Source of the DNA: Deltaproteobacteria bacterium
Lineage (GTDB): Bacteria; Desulfobacterota; Binatia; UTPRO1
Direction of reading: 5' to 3'
Assembly: GCA_020852955.1 (NCBI GenBank)
Contig: JADYZW010000022.1
Location: forward strand, 10,468-74,467
Length of the DNA stretch: 64,000 nt
A program made the position numbers and the translations under genes. Under the pieces are notes generated by a model. The model made no database searches and had not been told where the DNA came from. It saw only the letters and a program-made list of their open reading frames with translations. How positions within the stretch are numbered: the stretch's first letter is position 1; each line of letters opens with the position of its first letter. Positions 9,235 to 20,266 of this stretch are shown piece by piece.

Positions 9235-10827
9235 ATGAGGGGACGGGCGCATCTCGGATCCGCGAAGCGCGCGACCGAGCGGAAGCGCGAGCGGCGCCGT
9301 GGCGGAAAGCCGCCGGCCGCGAAGCCGCGGCCGCCGAAGGCGCCGCGGTCTGTCTCCGCGGGGCGACCGCGGCGCGTGGTCGACGGCGCGGCGCCGAGCG
9401 CACCGGGAGCGGAACGGCCGCGGCGCGCGCCGCGGCCCGAGCGGGTCCCGCGCCCCGAGATCGCCCCCGGCGGCGTCGCGGCCCGGGCGCTCCCGCGAGT
9501 CGTTCTCGCGGGCCGGCCGAACGCCGGAAAGTCCTCGCTCTTCAATCGCCTCCTCCGCCGTCGGAAGGCCGTCGTCGATCCGACGCCCGGGGTCACGCGC
9601 GACGTCGTCGAGGCCGTCGCCACCTTCGGCGACCGCGCCGTACTGCTCGTCGACACCGGCGGCTTCGAGGGCGACCAGCGCACGGACGCCGCCGCCGAGC
9701 CGAACACGGACCGCCTCGACCGCGCCGTCCGCGACACCAGCCTCTCCGCGGTCGAGCGCGCGGTCCTCGTCGTCTATGTGCTCGACGGCAAGGCGGGGCT
9801 CTCGGCCGCCGACGAAGCTGCCGCCGCCGCGCTCCGCCGCCGGAACGTCCCCGTGCTCTTCGTCGTCAACAAGCTCGATTCGCCGGGGCGGCTCGCGCAG
9901 GGCTCGGAGTTCTACCGGCTCGGCGCCGACGAGCTCATCCCGGTGTCGGCTGCCCACGGCCACGGCATCCCGGAGCTCGTCGATCGCATCCTCGCCGCGA
10001 CCCCCGGCGCCGCCCTGGAAGGAGGGGCGGCCGCCGACGCCGACGCCGTCCGGGTCGCGATCGTCGGCCGCCCGAACGCGGGCAAGTCGTCGCTCGTGAA
10101 CCGCCTCCTCGGCTACGAGCGCGCGATCGTCGACGCTACCGCCGGGACCACGCGCGACGCGCTCGACACGATGCTCGAGGCGGACGGCGGGCGCTACGTA
10201 CTCGTCGACACCGCCGGCATCCGCCGCCGGAGCCGGGTCCACGATCCGCTCGAGCGCTCGTCGGTCGCAAGCGCCCTCGAGGCGCTCGGCCGCGCCGACG
10301 TCGCCCTCCTGGTGATCGACGCCGTCGAAGGGCTCACCACCCAGGACCAGAAGCTCGCCGCGCTCGCGTGGAACGAGGGACGGGGGCTCGTGCTCGTCGT
10401 CAACAAATGGGACCTCCGCCGCGACGAGAAGCCCGCGACCTACCTCGCGAATCTCGCGCACCTCATGCCGGCGCTCGCGGGCTTCCCCATGCTCACGATC
10501 TCCGCGAGGACCGGGGCCGGCGTCGAGACCGTGCTGCCGACGGTGCAACGCGTCGCCGCGGCGCACGCGGCCGAACTCCGGACCGCGCGTCTCAACCAGG
10601 TGGTGATGGACGCGTTCCGGGCGAAGGAGCCGCCGGCGGTGCAAGGACGCCGCCCACGCCTCTATTACGCGGCCCAGGTGGGGCGGCGGCCTCCCACGAT
10701 CGTCGTCTTCTCCAGCATCCCCGGAGGCATCCACCCGAGCTACCACCGCTACCTTTCGAACCAGATCGCGAACGCCTTCCGCTTGAAGGGCACGCCGCTC
10801 CGCGTGAGCTTCCGGGCGCGCCACTGA
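9235..10827 (+). CDS. der: ribosome-associated GTPase Der (EngA) with basic N-terminal extension
   Basis: 530 aa. Tandem GTPase domains (GRPNAGKSS twice, DTGG/DTAG, NKLD/NKWD) plus a KH-like C-terminus. The exact start is uncertain, but no in-frame start codon lies closer than about 45 codons to the first G domain. Confidence 0.9.
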   Translation: MRGRAHLGSAKRATERKRERRRGGKPPAAKPRPPKAPRSVSAGRPRRVVDGAAPSAPGAERPRRAPRPERVPRPEIAPGGVAARALPRVVLAGRPNAGKSSLFNRLLRRRKAVVDPTPGVTRDVVEAVATFGDRAVLLVDTGGFEGDQRTDAAAEPNTDRLDRAVRDTSLSAVERAVLVVYVLDGKAGLSAADEAAAAALRRRNVPVLFVVNKLDSPGRLAQGSEFYRLGADELIPVSAAHGHGIPELVDRILAATPGAALEGGAAADADAVRVAIVGRPNAGKSSLVNRLLGYERAIVDATAGTTRDALDTMLEADGGRYVLVDTAGIRRRSRVHDPLERSSVASALEALGRADVALLVIDAVEGLTTQDQKLAALAWNEGRGLVLVVNKWDLRRDEKPATYLANLAHLMPALAGFPMLTISARTGAGVETVLPTVQRVAAAHAAELRTARLNQVVMDAFRAKEPPAVQGRRPRLYYAAQVGRRPPTIVVFSSIPGGIHPSYHRYLSNQIANAFRLKGTPLRVSFRARH

Positions 10828-10838
10828 CTTCGTCACCC

Positions 10839-11744
10839 ATGCCGCCCCGCGAGACCCTCAGCGATACCGACCCGTCCGAGAACACCTCGTCCGCCGCGCG
10901 CTCGTTCGCGACCCTCGCGCTCGCGCTCCGCAACGCAGCGCAACGCTTCTACGCCGACGGATGCCCGACGCTCGCCGCCGCGATCTCGTTCTACGCGCTC
11001 CTGTCGCTGATCCCGGTCCTGTTCCTCGTGATCGCGGTCGCCGGGTACGTGATCGGGTCGTCGCAGGACACCTATGGCGCCGTCCTCCGATGGGTCCGCG
11101 AGTTCATCCCGCACCTGAGCGACGACTTCACCCGCAACCTCGAATCGGTGGTGCAGAACCGCGGCCGCCTCTCCTGGCTCGGCCTCGGCGCGCTGATCAT
11201 CGCCGCGAGCCTCGTCTTCCAGGCGATCGAGTTCGCGCTCGACCGCGTCTTCACCGTCGACCGCCGGCGCGGCTTCTGGCGGTCGCGCTTCCTCTCGCTG
11301 GGCGTCGTCGTCGGGATGGGGATCGCCATGCTCTTCTCGTTCTACGTCGGCATCCTGATCCACGCGCTCCGCGCCGACCCGACCCTCGCGCCGCTCGGTC
11401 ACGATCTCTTCGTGCCGCTCGCGAAGGGGCTCCGGGTCCAGTACCTCACGTCGGTCGCGCTCGTCGTAGGGGCCTTCACGCTCTCCCTGCGCGTCTTTCC
11501 GCACGCTCACGTCGGCTGGCGCGAGGCCTTCACCGGCGGCTGCGTCGGCGCCGGGCTCTGGGAGGTGGGACGGCGCATCTTCCTCTGGTACCTGGCGAAC
11601 CTGGCGCAGTTCTACGTCGTCTACGGCTCGCTCGGTGCGCTCGTGGCCGTGATGGTGTGGATCTACATGTCCGCGACGATCTTCCTCTACGCGGCCGAGG
11701 TCGTGGTCGCGCTGCAACGCGCGGAGCGCGCGCCCCGCGTCTGA
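10839..11744 (+). CDS. YihY/BrkB (ribonuclease BN-like) family membrane protein
   Basis: Inner ATG at 10839. 301 aa, multi-pass membrane protein with the AAAISFYALLSLIPVL block typical of the family. Confidence 0.8.
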   Translation: MPPRETLSDTDPSENTSSAARSFATLALALRNAAQRFYADGCPTLAAAISFYALLSLIPVLFLVIAVAGYVIGSSQDTYGAVLRWVREFIPHLSDDFTRNLESVVQNRGRLSWLGLGALIIAASLVFQAIEFALDRVFTVDRRRGFWRSRFLSLGVVVGMGIAMLFSFYVGILIHALRADPTLAPLGHDLFVPLAKGLRVQYLTSVALVVGAFTLSLRVFPHAHVGWREAFTGGCVGAGLWEVGRRIFLWYLANLAQFYVVYGSLGALVAVMVWIYMSATIFLYAAEVVVALQRAERAPRV

Positions 11745-11763
11745 CTCGCGAACCGCGCGCGGT

Positions 11764-12282
11764 TCAGGTGATGCCGGCGGCGCGGTACTCGGCGGCGTAG
11801 CCGACGTAGTTCGCCGCTGACGCCAGGAGCGACGCGCGCTCGTCCGCGCGGAGCTCGCGCACGACGCGCGCCGGGTTTCCGACCACGAGCCGTCCCGGCG
11901 GCACCTTCGTTCCCGGCGTCACGAGCGCCCCGGCGGCGACCAGGCAGTCGGCCCCGATCTCGACGCCGTCGAGCACGATCGCCCCCAGGCCGACGAGCAC
12001 GCGGTGGCCGAGCGTGCAGCCGTGGACGATCGCGCCGTGACCGATCGTCACGTCGTCGCCGATCGTCGCGCCGTACGCGCCGCCGACGACGTGCACCGTC
12101 ACGTGGTCCTGGACGTTCGTCCGCGCACCGATGCGGATCGGCCCGACGTCGCCGCGCACCACCGTGTGGAACCAGAGGCTCGATTCCGGCCCGACGCCGA
12201 CGTCGCCGATCACGACCGCGCTCGCGGCGACGAAGGCCGTCGGCTCGATGCGCGGCGCCGCGCCGCGAAACGGGGCGATCAT
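11764..12282 (-). CDS. gamma-class carbonic anhydrase-like hexapeptide-repeat protein (YrdA/PaaY family)
   Basis: 172 aa from the inner ATG (MIAPFRG...). Left-handed beta-helix repeats and a ...RIGARTNVQDHVTVH... block. Confidence 0.8.
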   Translation of the reverse strand: MIAPFRGAAPRIEPTAFVAASAVVIGDVGVGPESSLWFHTVVRGDVGPIRIGARTNVQDHVTVHVVGGAYGATIGDDVTIGHGAIVHGCTLGHRVLVGLGAIVLDGVEIGADCLVAAGALVTPGTKVPPGRLVVGNPARVVRELRADERASLLASAANYVGYAAEYRAAGIT

Positions 12283-12514
12283 GCTACGCCGCTCCGTAGC
12301 ACGGGAGGCGCGCCGTCCCAATCGCCGCGGATCGGCGCGCGGCGCGGCCGCCGCGCTTGTCTGCGCGGAGGGCCCTTGTTAGGAAGGGACATGGAAGTCC
12401 TCTCCATCGTTCTCCCGCCGCCGCGAAGCCCCGTACGCGCCCGTCCGCGCCCGGGGCTTTCGCGCGCCTCGGGCCGCGGCTCCGCCGCCGTCCCCGCCGC
12501 CCACGGAGGCCGCC

Positions 12515-13975
12515 ATGGATTGGCGTGAGCTCGAGGAAGGCCTCACCTTCGACGACGTGCTCCTGGTCCCCGCCGAGAGCGAGACCATCCCGCGCGACGC
12601 GGTCGTCACGACCAAGCTCTCGCGTCGCATCACGCTCAACATCCCGCTCGCGTCGGCCGCGATGGACACGGTCACCGAGTCGCGGATGGCGATCAGCATG
12701 GCGCAGGAGGGCGGCATCGGGTTCGTCCACCGCAACATGCCGGTCGAGGCGCAGGCGCGCGAGGTCGAGAAGGTGAAGAAGTCGGAGAGCGGCATGATCG
12801 CCGATCCGGTCACCGTCCACCCCGATCAGCGGATCTCGGATGCCCTCGAGGTGATGAAGCAGTTCTCGATCTCGGGCCTCCCGGTCACGCGCGATGGCCG
12901 CCTGGTCGGCATCCTCACGCACCGCGACCTCCGCTTCGAGAAGCGGCTCGACCGTCCCGTCTCGGAGGTGATGACCAAGGACAATCTCGTCACCGCCAAG
13001 CCTGGCATCAGCCTCGAGCAGGCCAAGGACATCCTGCACGCGAACCGCATCGAGAAGCTGTTGGTCGTCGACGACGAGCTGCGGCTCCGCGGCCTCATCA
13101 CCGTGAAGGACATCCAGAAGACGACCGACTACCCGAACGCGTGCAAGGACGGCCGTGGGCGCCTGCGGGTCGGCGGCGCGGTCGGGGTCGGGCCGGATCG
13201 CGAGGCGCGCGTCGAGGCCCTCATCCGGGCCGGGGTCGACGTGCTGGCGGTCGACACCGCGCACGGACACTCGAGGAACGTCCTCGACACGGTCCGCGAG
13301 GTCAAGCGCCAATGGCCGGACGTGGACGTCGTCGCCGGCAACGTCGGCACGGAAGAAGGCGCGCGCGCCCTCCTGAAAGCGGGCGCCGACGGCGTCAAGG
13401 TCGGCATGGGCGTCGGCTCGATCTGCACCACGCGCATCATCTCCGGCGTCGGCATGCCGCAGCTCACCGCCGTCCTCGGGGCCGCCCGCGCCGTCACGGG
13501 CACCGACGTCCCGCTCATCGCCGACGGCGGCGTCCGCTTCTCCGGCGACATCACCAAGGCGATCGCCGCCGGCGCCCACACGATCATGATCGGGAGCCTC
13601 TTCGCCGGCACCGAGGAGAGCCCCGGCGAGACGATCCTCTTCCAGGGCCGCACCTACAAGCTCTACCGCGGCATGGGCTCGATCGAGGCGATGAAGGATG
13701 GCAGTCGCGACCGCTACTTCCAGGGCGACGAGCCCGACATGAAGCTCGTCCCGGAGGGCATCGAGGGCCGCGTCTCCTACAAGGGCAGCCTCGCCTTCAA
13801 CATTCACCAGCTGGTCGGCGGCCTGAAGGCCGGCATGGGCTACTGCGGCTGCCGCACGCTCGACGAGCTCCGCACCAAGACGCGGTTCATGAAGATCAGC
13901 GCCGCGGGCATGCGCGAGAGCCACGCGCACGACGTGGTCATCACCAAGGAAGCACCGAACTATCGCTTGGAGTAG
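12515..13975 (+). CDS. guaB: IMP dehydrogenase
   Basis: 486 aa. CBS pair, catalytic loop [14 protein letters not shown] lies 6 nt upstream of the ATG. Confidence 0.97.
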   Translation: MDWRELEEGLTFDDVLLVPAESETIPRDAVVTTKLSRRITLNIPLASAAMDTVTESRMAISMAQEGGIGFVHRNMPVEAQAREVEKVKKSESGMIADPVTVHPDQRISDALEVMKQFSISGLPVTRDGRLVGILTHRDLRFEKRLDRPVSEVMTKDNLVTAKPGISLEQAKDILHANRIEKLLVVDDELRLRGLITVKDIQKTTDYPNACKDGRGRLRVGGAVGVGPDREARVEALIRAGVDVLAVDTAHGHSRNVLDTVREVKRQWPDVDVVAGNVGTEEGARALLKAGADGVKVGMGVGSICTTRIISGVGMPQLTAVLGAARAVTGTDVPLIADGGVRFSGDITKAIAAGAHTIMIGSLFAGTEESPGETILFQGRTYKLYRGMGSIEAMKDGSRDRYFQGDEPDMKLVPEGIEGRVSYKGSLAFNIHQLVGGLKAGMGYCGCRTLDELRTKTRFMKISAAGMRESHAHDVVITKEAPNYRLE

Positions 13976-14069
13976 GCGGCGCGCGCGCAGCGCCCTGACG
14001 GCGCGGCGCCGCGCCAACGGCATTTCCGGCGGCGAGGCGACGCGGACGCGTCGGCTCGATGAGGGGTTC

Positions 14070-15605
<1,536 letters not shown>

Positions 15606-15812
15606 CCGCTGCGCCGACACGGGTTCCGTCCATGACCGACCACCGCGTCCATCGCCCCGAACGTCCGCCAGAGATGACGGACCGTGCAACGCCTCGCGGA
15701 GCTTGTCCATGGTCATCGGTCCGCGCGACGGAGGTCGCGACATGAGCTCCACGACGGCGGAGCGGGCGCGACGGATAGCGGACGCGCGGGGTGACACGGG
15801 GGTTCGGCGCTC

Positions 15813-16205
15813 GTGAAGGCACTTCTCGTCCTGGTGCTCGCCTACGTCGCGGTCGTCGCCGCCTTCGAGTCCCTGATTGGCGTCGTCCAGCCGGCCGGCG
15901 GCGCGACGCTCGTCCTCACGACCTTCGACCCCGACGGCACCGCACACGACCGCGTGCTCGCGCGCCTCGACACCGACGGAAAGGTGTACGTCTCCGCGAA
16001 CCACTGGCCGCGAGCCTGGTACCGGCGCGCGCTCGCGCACCCGGAGGTGCAGGCGACGATGGACGGGCGGAAAGGAACCTACCGCGTCGTCGCCGTCGCG
16101 GGCGCGGAAGCCGAACGCGTGGAGCGCGAGCACCCGCACAGCGTCTGGTTCCGCATCGTCACCGGGTTCCCGCCGCGCGACGTCGTCCGGCTGGACCCAC
16201 GCTGA
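15813..16205 (+). CDS. membrane-anchored DUF385-like (deazaflavin-dependent nitroreductase-like) family protein
   Basis: 130 aa. N-terminal TM helix, then an LVLTTFDPDG...VYVSAN...AWYRRALAHPEVQ pattern resembling the split-barrel DUF385 family. Assignment made by eye only. Confidence 0.5.
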   Translation: MKALLVLVLAYVAVVAAFESLIGVVQPAGGATLVLTTFDPDGTAHDRVLARLDTDGKVYVSANHWPRAWYRRALAHPEVQATMDGRKGTYRVVAVAGAEAERVEREHPHSVWFRIVTGFPPRDVVRLDPR

Positions 16206-16209
16206 TCCC

Positions 16210-16914
16210 GTGCTGATCACCTTCGATGATCGCCCCTCCGACTCGCCCGTCGTCGAGCGCGTGTGGCGTAGCCGGAGCGACCACGCGGGCGCCTTCCACT
16301 CGATGGCCTCGTGCAACTGGGCGATGGTGGTCACGCGCCTCGCCGGTCGAACCTTCATGACCGTACGCGGTCCCGAGACCCGAGCCAGTTCCGCCGAGTG
16401 TCCCCCGCACGGCGACTGGGTCGGCATCAACTTCGGGCTCGGCACGTCGCTGCCCATGCTGCCGCCGGCGACGCTCCGCGATCGCCACGACGTGACGTTG
16501 CCGGCGGCATCGCCCAGGGCGTTCGTGCTCGACGGCGCGACATGGGAATACCCGACCTTCGAGAACGCGGAAGCCTTCGTCGCGCGGCTCGTGCGGGCCG
16601 GGCTCGTCGCGACCGATCCGCACGTCGCGGACGTCCTGCGCGGCGACGGCAGTCGCTCCCGCCGCACCGATCAACGCCGCGTGCGCTGCGCCACCGGCAT
16701 GACCCACGCGACCATCCGCCAGATCCGGCGCGCCCGGCGTGCCGCCATCTTGCTCCGGCGCGGCGTCCCGATCGCCGACGTCGTCTACGACGCCGGCTAC
16801 TACGACCAGCCGCACCTCGCGCGTGCGTTGCGGCGCTTCATCGGCCTGCCCCCCGCGCAAGTCGCCGCCGACCGCGAGCAGCTGTCGCTTTTGTACAAGA
16901 CACCGGACGACTGA
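16210..16914 (+). CDS. AraC-family transcriptional regulator
   Basis: GTG at 16210, in frame in the 15877..16914 ORF. 234 aa. C-terminal AraC double HTH (IADVVYDAGYYDQPHLARALRRFIGLPP). Confidence 0.75.
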   Translation: MLITFDDRPSDSPVVERVWRSRSDHAGAFHSMASCNWAMVVTRLAGRTFMTVRGPETRASSAECPPHGDWVGINFGLGTSLPMLPPATLRDRHDVTLPAASPRAFVLDGATWEYPTFENAEAFVARLVRAGLVATDPHVADVLRGDGSRSRRTDQRRVRCATGMTHATIRQIRRARRAAILLRRGVPIADVVYDAGYYDQPHLARALRRFIGLPPAQVAADREQLSLLYKTPDD

Positions 16915-16949
16915 CCCGGTAGAGCCTGCCGCGTTCGAAAGGAGTCGGC

Positions 16950-17342
16950 ATGGCGATGGAAGGTGCTTCGCGCGGGCTCGTCCGCTCGGGCTGGATCTTG
17001 AGCGGTCTGGTCATCGCGTTCCTGGTCTTCGACGGCGGGACGAAGGTGCTGAAGGTCCAGCCGGTCCTCGAGGCGTGCGCGCGCTTGGGCCTCGCGCCCG
17101 ACCGGGTCGTGGCGATCGGGGCACTGCTGCTCGCGTGCACGGCGCTCTACGCCGCGCCGGGGACGCGCGTCCTCGGCGCGATCCTCCTGACCGGCTACCT
17201 CGGCGGCGCCGTCGCGACCCACGTCCGCGGCGGCAGCGGCCCCTTGGAGACCGCCTTCCCGATCGCCGTCGGCGCCCTCGCGTGGCTCGGCCTCGCGCTC
17301 CGCGACCCGCTCGTCGTCAGAGCGATCCTCCTGCGAGCATGA
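16950..17342 (+). CDS. DoxX-like family membrane protein
   Basis: 130 aa with four predicted TM helices. TGYLGGAVATH block typical of DoxX-like proteins. Confidence 0.7.
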   Translation: MAMEGASRGLVRSGWILSGLVIAFLVFDGGTKVLKVQPVLEACARLGLAPDRVVAIGALLLACTALYAAPGTRVLGAILLTGYLGGAVATHVRGGSGPLETAFPIAVGALAWLGLALRDPLVVRAILLRA

Positions 17343-17346
17343 CCGC

Positions 17347-17808
17347 TCAGCACTCCCGGTAGCGCTTGCTCCGCGCTTTCACCGGCGCCAGCAGCGAGAG
17401 ATCGTTCTCCGCGACGGTGTATCCCTTCGGATGCGGCGGCCGCGGCTCCATGCCGATCGCCTCCAGCACGGCGTCCTGCTGGTAGTAGCCGACATACGTG
17501 TGCGGAACGAGCGCGTACCCGAAACCCTGCGCCGCGACGAGGGCCGCGCGCTCGCCCTCGCCGCACGCGACGAACGGCCGGCCGTGCTGGGCACGGGCCT
17601 GGACGTCCAGGTCGCGCAGGCCGTCAACGACCATCGCGCGCAGGTCGGGCAGAGTGCGGAGCGTGCGCTCCACATGGGTGGCGACGCCGGCCGCGCCGGC
17701 GCCGGGCAGGCGGCCGTCCGGGCTCGGCGGGACGAGCGCGTCGAGCACGCACGCGAGGGCGCGACGCTGGTCCGCGCTCAGATCGGCGGCGGCGGGGATG
17801 TCGGTCAT
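17347..17808 (-). CDS. gluconate 2-dehydrogenase subunit 3-family protein (small subunit of a GMC dehydrogenase)
   Basis: Only the last 153 aa of the 17347..19449 ORF, from MTDIPAAADLSADQRRAL, look genuine. It lies directly downstream of the GMC flavoprotein gene. Confidence 0.7.
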   Translation of the reverse strand: MTDIPAAADLSADQRRALACVLDALVPPSPDGRLPGAGAAGVATHVERTLRTLPDLRAMVVDGLRDLDVQARAQHGRPFVACGEGERAALVAAQGFGYALVPHTYVGYYQQDAVLEAIGMEPRPPHPKGYTVAENDLSLLAPVKARSKRYREC

Positions 17809-17819
17809 GGGGCGTGCCC

Positions 17820-19427
17820 TCAGTCGAACAGGTTCGCCAGGTTCTTCTTCATCGTGTCGGCGACGTGGAGCGCGACCGCCTGGATGGTGTTGGTCGGATT
17901 CACACCGGCCGACGTCGGGAAGACGCTGCCGTCGATGACGAAGAGGTTCTTCACATCGTGGGCGCGGCCCCATTCGTTCACGACCGAGGTCGCTGGATCG
18001 ATGCCCATGCGGGCCGTGCCCATGAGGTGCCAGCCAGCGAAGGGGAGGGGCGCCTGCACCATGGTGTCGGTCGCGCCCGAGGCCGCCAGCACCTCCGCAC
18101 CGCGCGCGACGGCATGGTCGAGCATCGCGCGGCTGTTCTCCGAGAGCCGATACGTGATCCTCGGCGCCGGGACGCCGTCGGAATCCCCGAGCTCCGGATC
18201 GAGGGTGACGGTATTCCGCTCGTCCGGCAGGTCTTCGCAGATCGCCACCATGCCCGCGTTCCGATCCCAGAGCTGGTCGAACGCGCGATGGTGGTCGGCG
18301 CCGTGCGGCATACGGCCCGCCGAGAGTCCGATCATCGCGGTCGAGACGGGGCCGAAGCCGCGCAGCATCTCGAACGAGTATCCACGCAAGAAGCCGCGCG
18401 CCCGGTCGGTCTCGTAGAACTCCTGGCTTATGATGCAGCAGCCGGAAGGACCCTTGTAGCCTTCCAGGCGCTCGGGGAAGATGCCGGTCACCAGCGCGTA
18501 GGGGTGGAACATGAGGCGCTTCCCCACGAGGCCGCTCCGGTTGGCGAGGCCGTCCGGAAAGTGTTTCGACCGCGAGTTGAGCAGGAGCCGCGGCGTCCCG
18601 ACGCCGTTGCACGCGACCACGACCACGTGCGCGCGCTGCCGGCGCTCCGTGCCGACCGCGTCGTAGTAGATCACGCCGTCCGCCATGCCGCGCTCGTCGA
18701 CGGTGATCTCGCGCACCCGGCAGTGCGCCTCGACGCGCACGCCCTTGCGGATCGCGAGCGGCCAGTAGGTCACGTCGCTCGAGGCCTTGGCGCCCTGCGG
18801 GCAGCCGAGGAGGCAGGTGCCGGCATTGATGCAGGCGGCCCGTCCCTCGTATTCGGCGGTCGTGATCGCGCTGTCGGAGGGCCACCAGTGCCAGCCGAGC
18901 GCGTTGAAGCCGCGCGCCAGCATCTCGCCGAGCTTGCCGAGCGGCACGGGCGGCAGCGGCACGCGCTTGTCGGGCGGATACATCGGGTCGCCGGTCAGCC
19001 CCGAGACGCCCATCATGCGCGCGTTGAGGTCGTACCAGGGGGCGAGGGTCGCGTAGTCGATCGGCCAGTCGTCGCCGACGCCGTCGAGCGTCCGCACGCG
19101 GAAGTCCGACGGATGGAAGCGCGGAAAGTGCGCCGCGTAGAGGATGGTGCTGCCGCCGACCGCGTTGAAGTTCGAGATCTGGATCGGCGAGCCGCCGTCG
19201 TTGATCGGGTAGTCCTCGCGCCGGCCACGGACGTTCGGCGAGAACGCGAAATCCCCGAACTGGCGCGCCTCCCAGTCGGCGCGGAGGCCCGGATAGTCGT
19301 CGGTCTTCACCCAGCCGCCCTGCTCCAGGCAGAGGATGTTCATCCTGGTCTCCGCCATGCTCCAGGCGAACGCCGCGCCGGCGGCGCCGGCACCGATGAT
19401 GAGGACGTCGACGGACTCGGACGACAT
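17820..19427 (-). CDS. GMC-family FAD oxidoreductase
   Basis: 535 aa from the inner ATG (MSSESVDVLIIGAGAAG, FAD fold). C-terminal GMC block (GTARMG...VIDGSVFPT). Confidence 0.88.
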   Translation of the reverse strand: MSSESVDVLIIGAGAAGAAFAWSMAETRMNILCLEQGGWVKTDDYPGLRADWEARQFGDFAFSPNVRGRREDYPINDGGSPIQISNFNAVGGSTILYAAHFPRFHPSDFRVRTLDGVGDDWPIDYATLAPWYDLNARMMGVSGLTGDPMYPPDKRVPLPPVPLGKLGEMLARGFNALGWHWWPSDSAITTAEYEGRAACINAGTCLLGCPQGAKASSDVTYWPLAIRKGVRVEAHCRVREITVDERGMADGVIYYDAVGTERRQRAHVVVVACNGVGTPRLLLNSRSKHFPDGLANRSGLVGKRLMFHPYALVTGIFPERLEGYKGPSGCCIISQEFYETDRARGFLRGYSFEMLRGFGPVSTAMIGLSAGRMPHGADHHRAFDQLWDRNAGMVAICEDLPDERNTVTLDPELGDSDGVPAPRITYRLSENSRAMLDHAVARGAEVLAASGATDTMVQAPLPFAGWHLMGTARMGIDPATSVVNEWGRAHDVKNLFVIDGSVFPTSAGVNPTNTIQAVALHVADTMKKNLANLFD

Positions 19428-19582
19428 GGAGGGCCCGTCCATGTAGCACGCGGCGCCCTCAGCGACCACCGCGACGAGGAGAGGGCGCCGGCCGGGTCTC
19501 GGCGAGTTCGACCGCGACGGCGACCGCGGACGAACCGAGGGGCTCAACTCGCGGGTGCGGCTCTGCTACACGCGTCGCTTCC

Positions 19583-20266
19583 GTGACCGCGACGCCGTCC
19601 CTCACCGCCCTCGTCCTCGACATGGACGGGCTCATGCTCGACACCGAGCCCATCTACCGCGCGTCGTGGCAACGCACCGCGGCGGAGCTCGGCTGGGAGA
19701 TCACGGACGAGGGGTACGAGGCCTTTCTCGGACGGCGCACGGAAGACGCCGAGGCGGAGCTCGTCCGCATCTTCGGCCCGAGGTTCCCGATCGACCGCTT
19801 CCATGACCGCTGGCCCGTCCTCTGGCACGAGATCGCCGCCTCCGGCCTCAGGGTGAAGCGCGGCCTGCGGACGCTCCTCGACCTCGCCGCGGAGCACCGG
19901 CTGCCGCTCGGGCTCGCGACCTCGACCGAGCGCAGCCTCGCCGCGCGCACGCTCGGGTACGGCGGCCTCACGACGGATCCCTTCCGCGTCATCGTGACGG
20001 GCGACGAGATCGCGCACGGGAAGCCGGCGCCCGACATCTACCTGGAAGCCGCGCGCCGGCTCGGCGTCGCGCCCGAGCGCTGCGCCGCTTTCGAGGACTC
20101 CGACGCGGGCACGTTGTCAGCGAGCCGCGCCGGCATGACGACCTTCCAGGTTCCCGACATGAAACCGCCGTCGCCGGAGGCGCGCGCGGCGGCGTATCGC
20201 GTCCTCACGTCCCTCGAGGAGGCGCCTCCACTCCTCGTTCCTCTCATCGAAAGGAGAACATCATGA
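19583..20266 (+). CDS. HAD-superfamily hydrolase (beta-phosphoglucomutase-like subfamily IA)
   Basis: 227 aa. Motif I LVLDMDGLMLDTE, GKPAPDIY, FEDSDAG. Confidence 0.85.
   Translation: MTATPSLTALVLDMDGLMLDTEPIYRASWQRTAAELGWEITDEGYEAFLGRRTEDAEAELVRIFGPRFPIDRFHDRWPVLWHEIAASGLRVKRGLRTLLDLAAEHRLPLGLATSTERSLAARTLGYGGLTTDPFRVIVTGDEIAHGKPAPDIYLEAARRLGVAPERCAAFEDSDAGTLSASRAGMTTFQVPDMKPPSPEARAAAYRVLTSLEEAPPLLVPLIERRTS

Noticed and set aside
11750-11765. GAACCGCGCGCGGTTC palindrome between the convergent yihY-like and gamma-CA-like genes as a bidirectional terminator
   Set aside because: It is short, has no loop and no flanking T/A tract, and overlaps the stop codon of the minus-strand gene. It may be fortuitous in G+C-rich DNA.
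15606-15812. 207-bp gap after guaA searched for a terminator or small RNA
   Set aside because: No stable hairpin with a U-tract and no conserved-looking structure was seen. The short antisense ORF (MSRPPSRGPMTMDKLREAL...) has no support.
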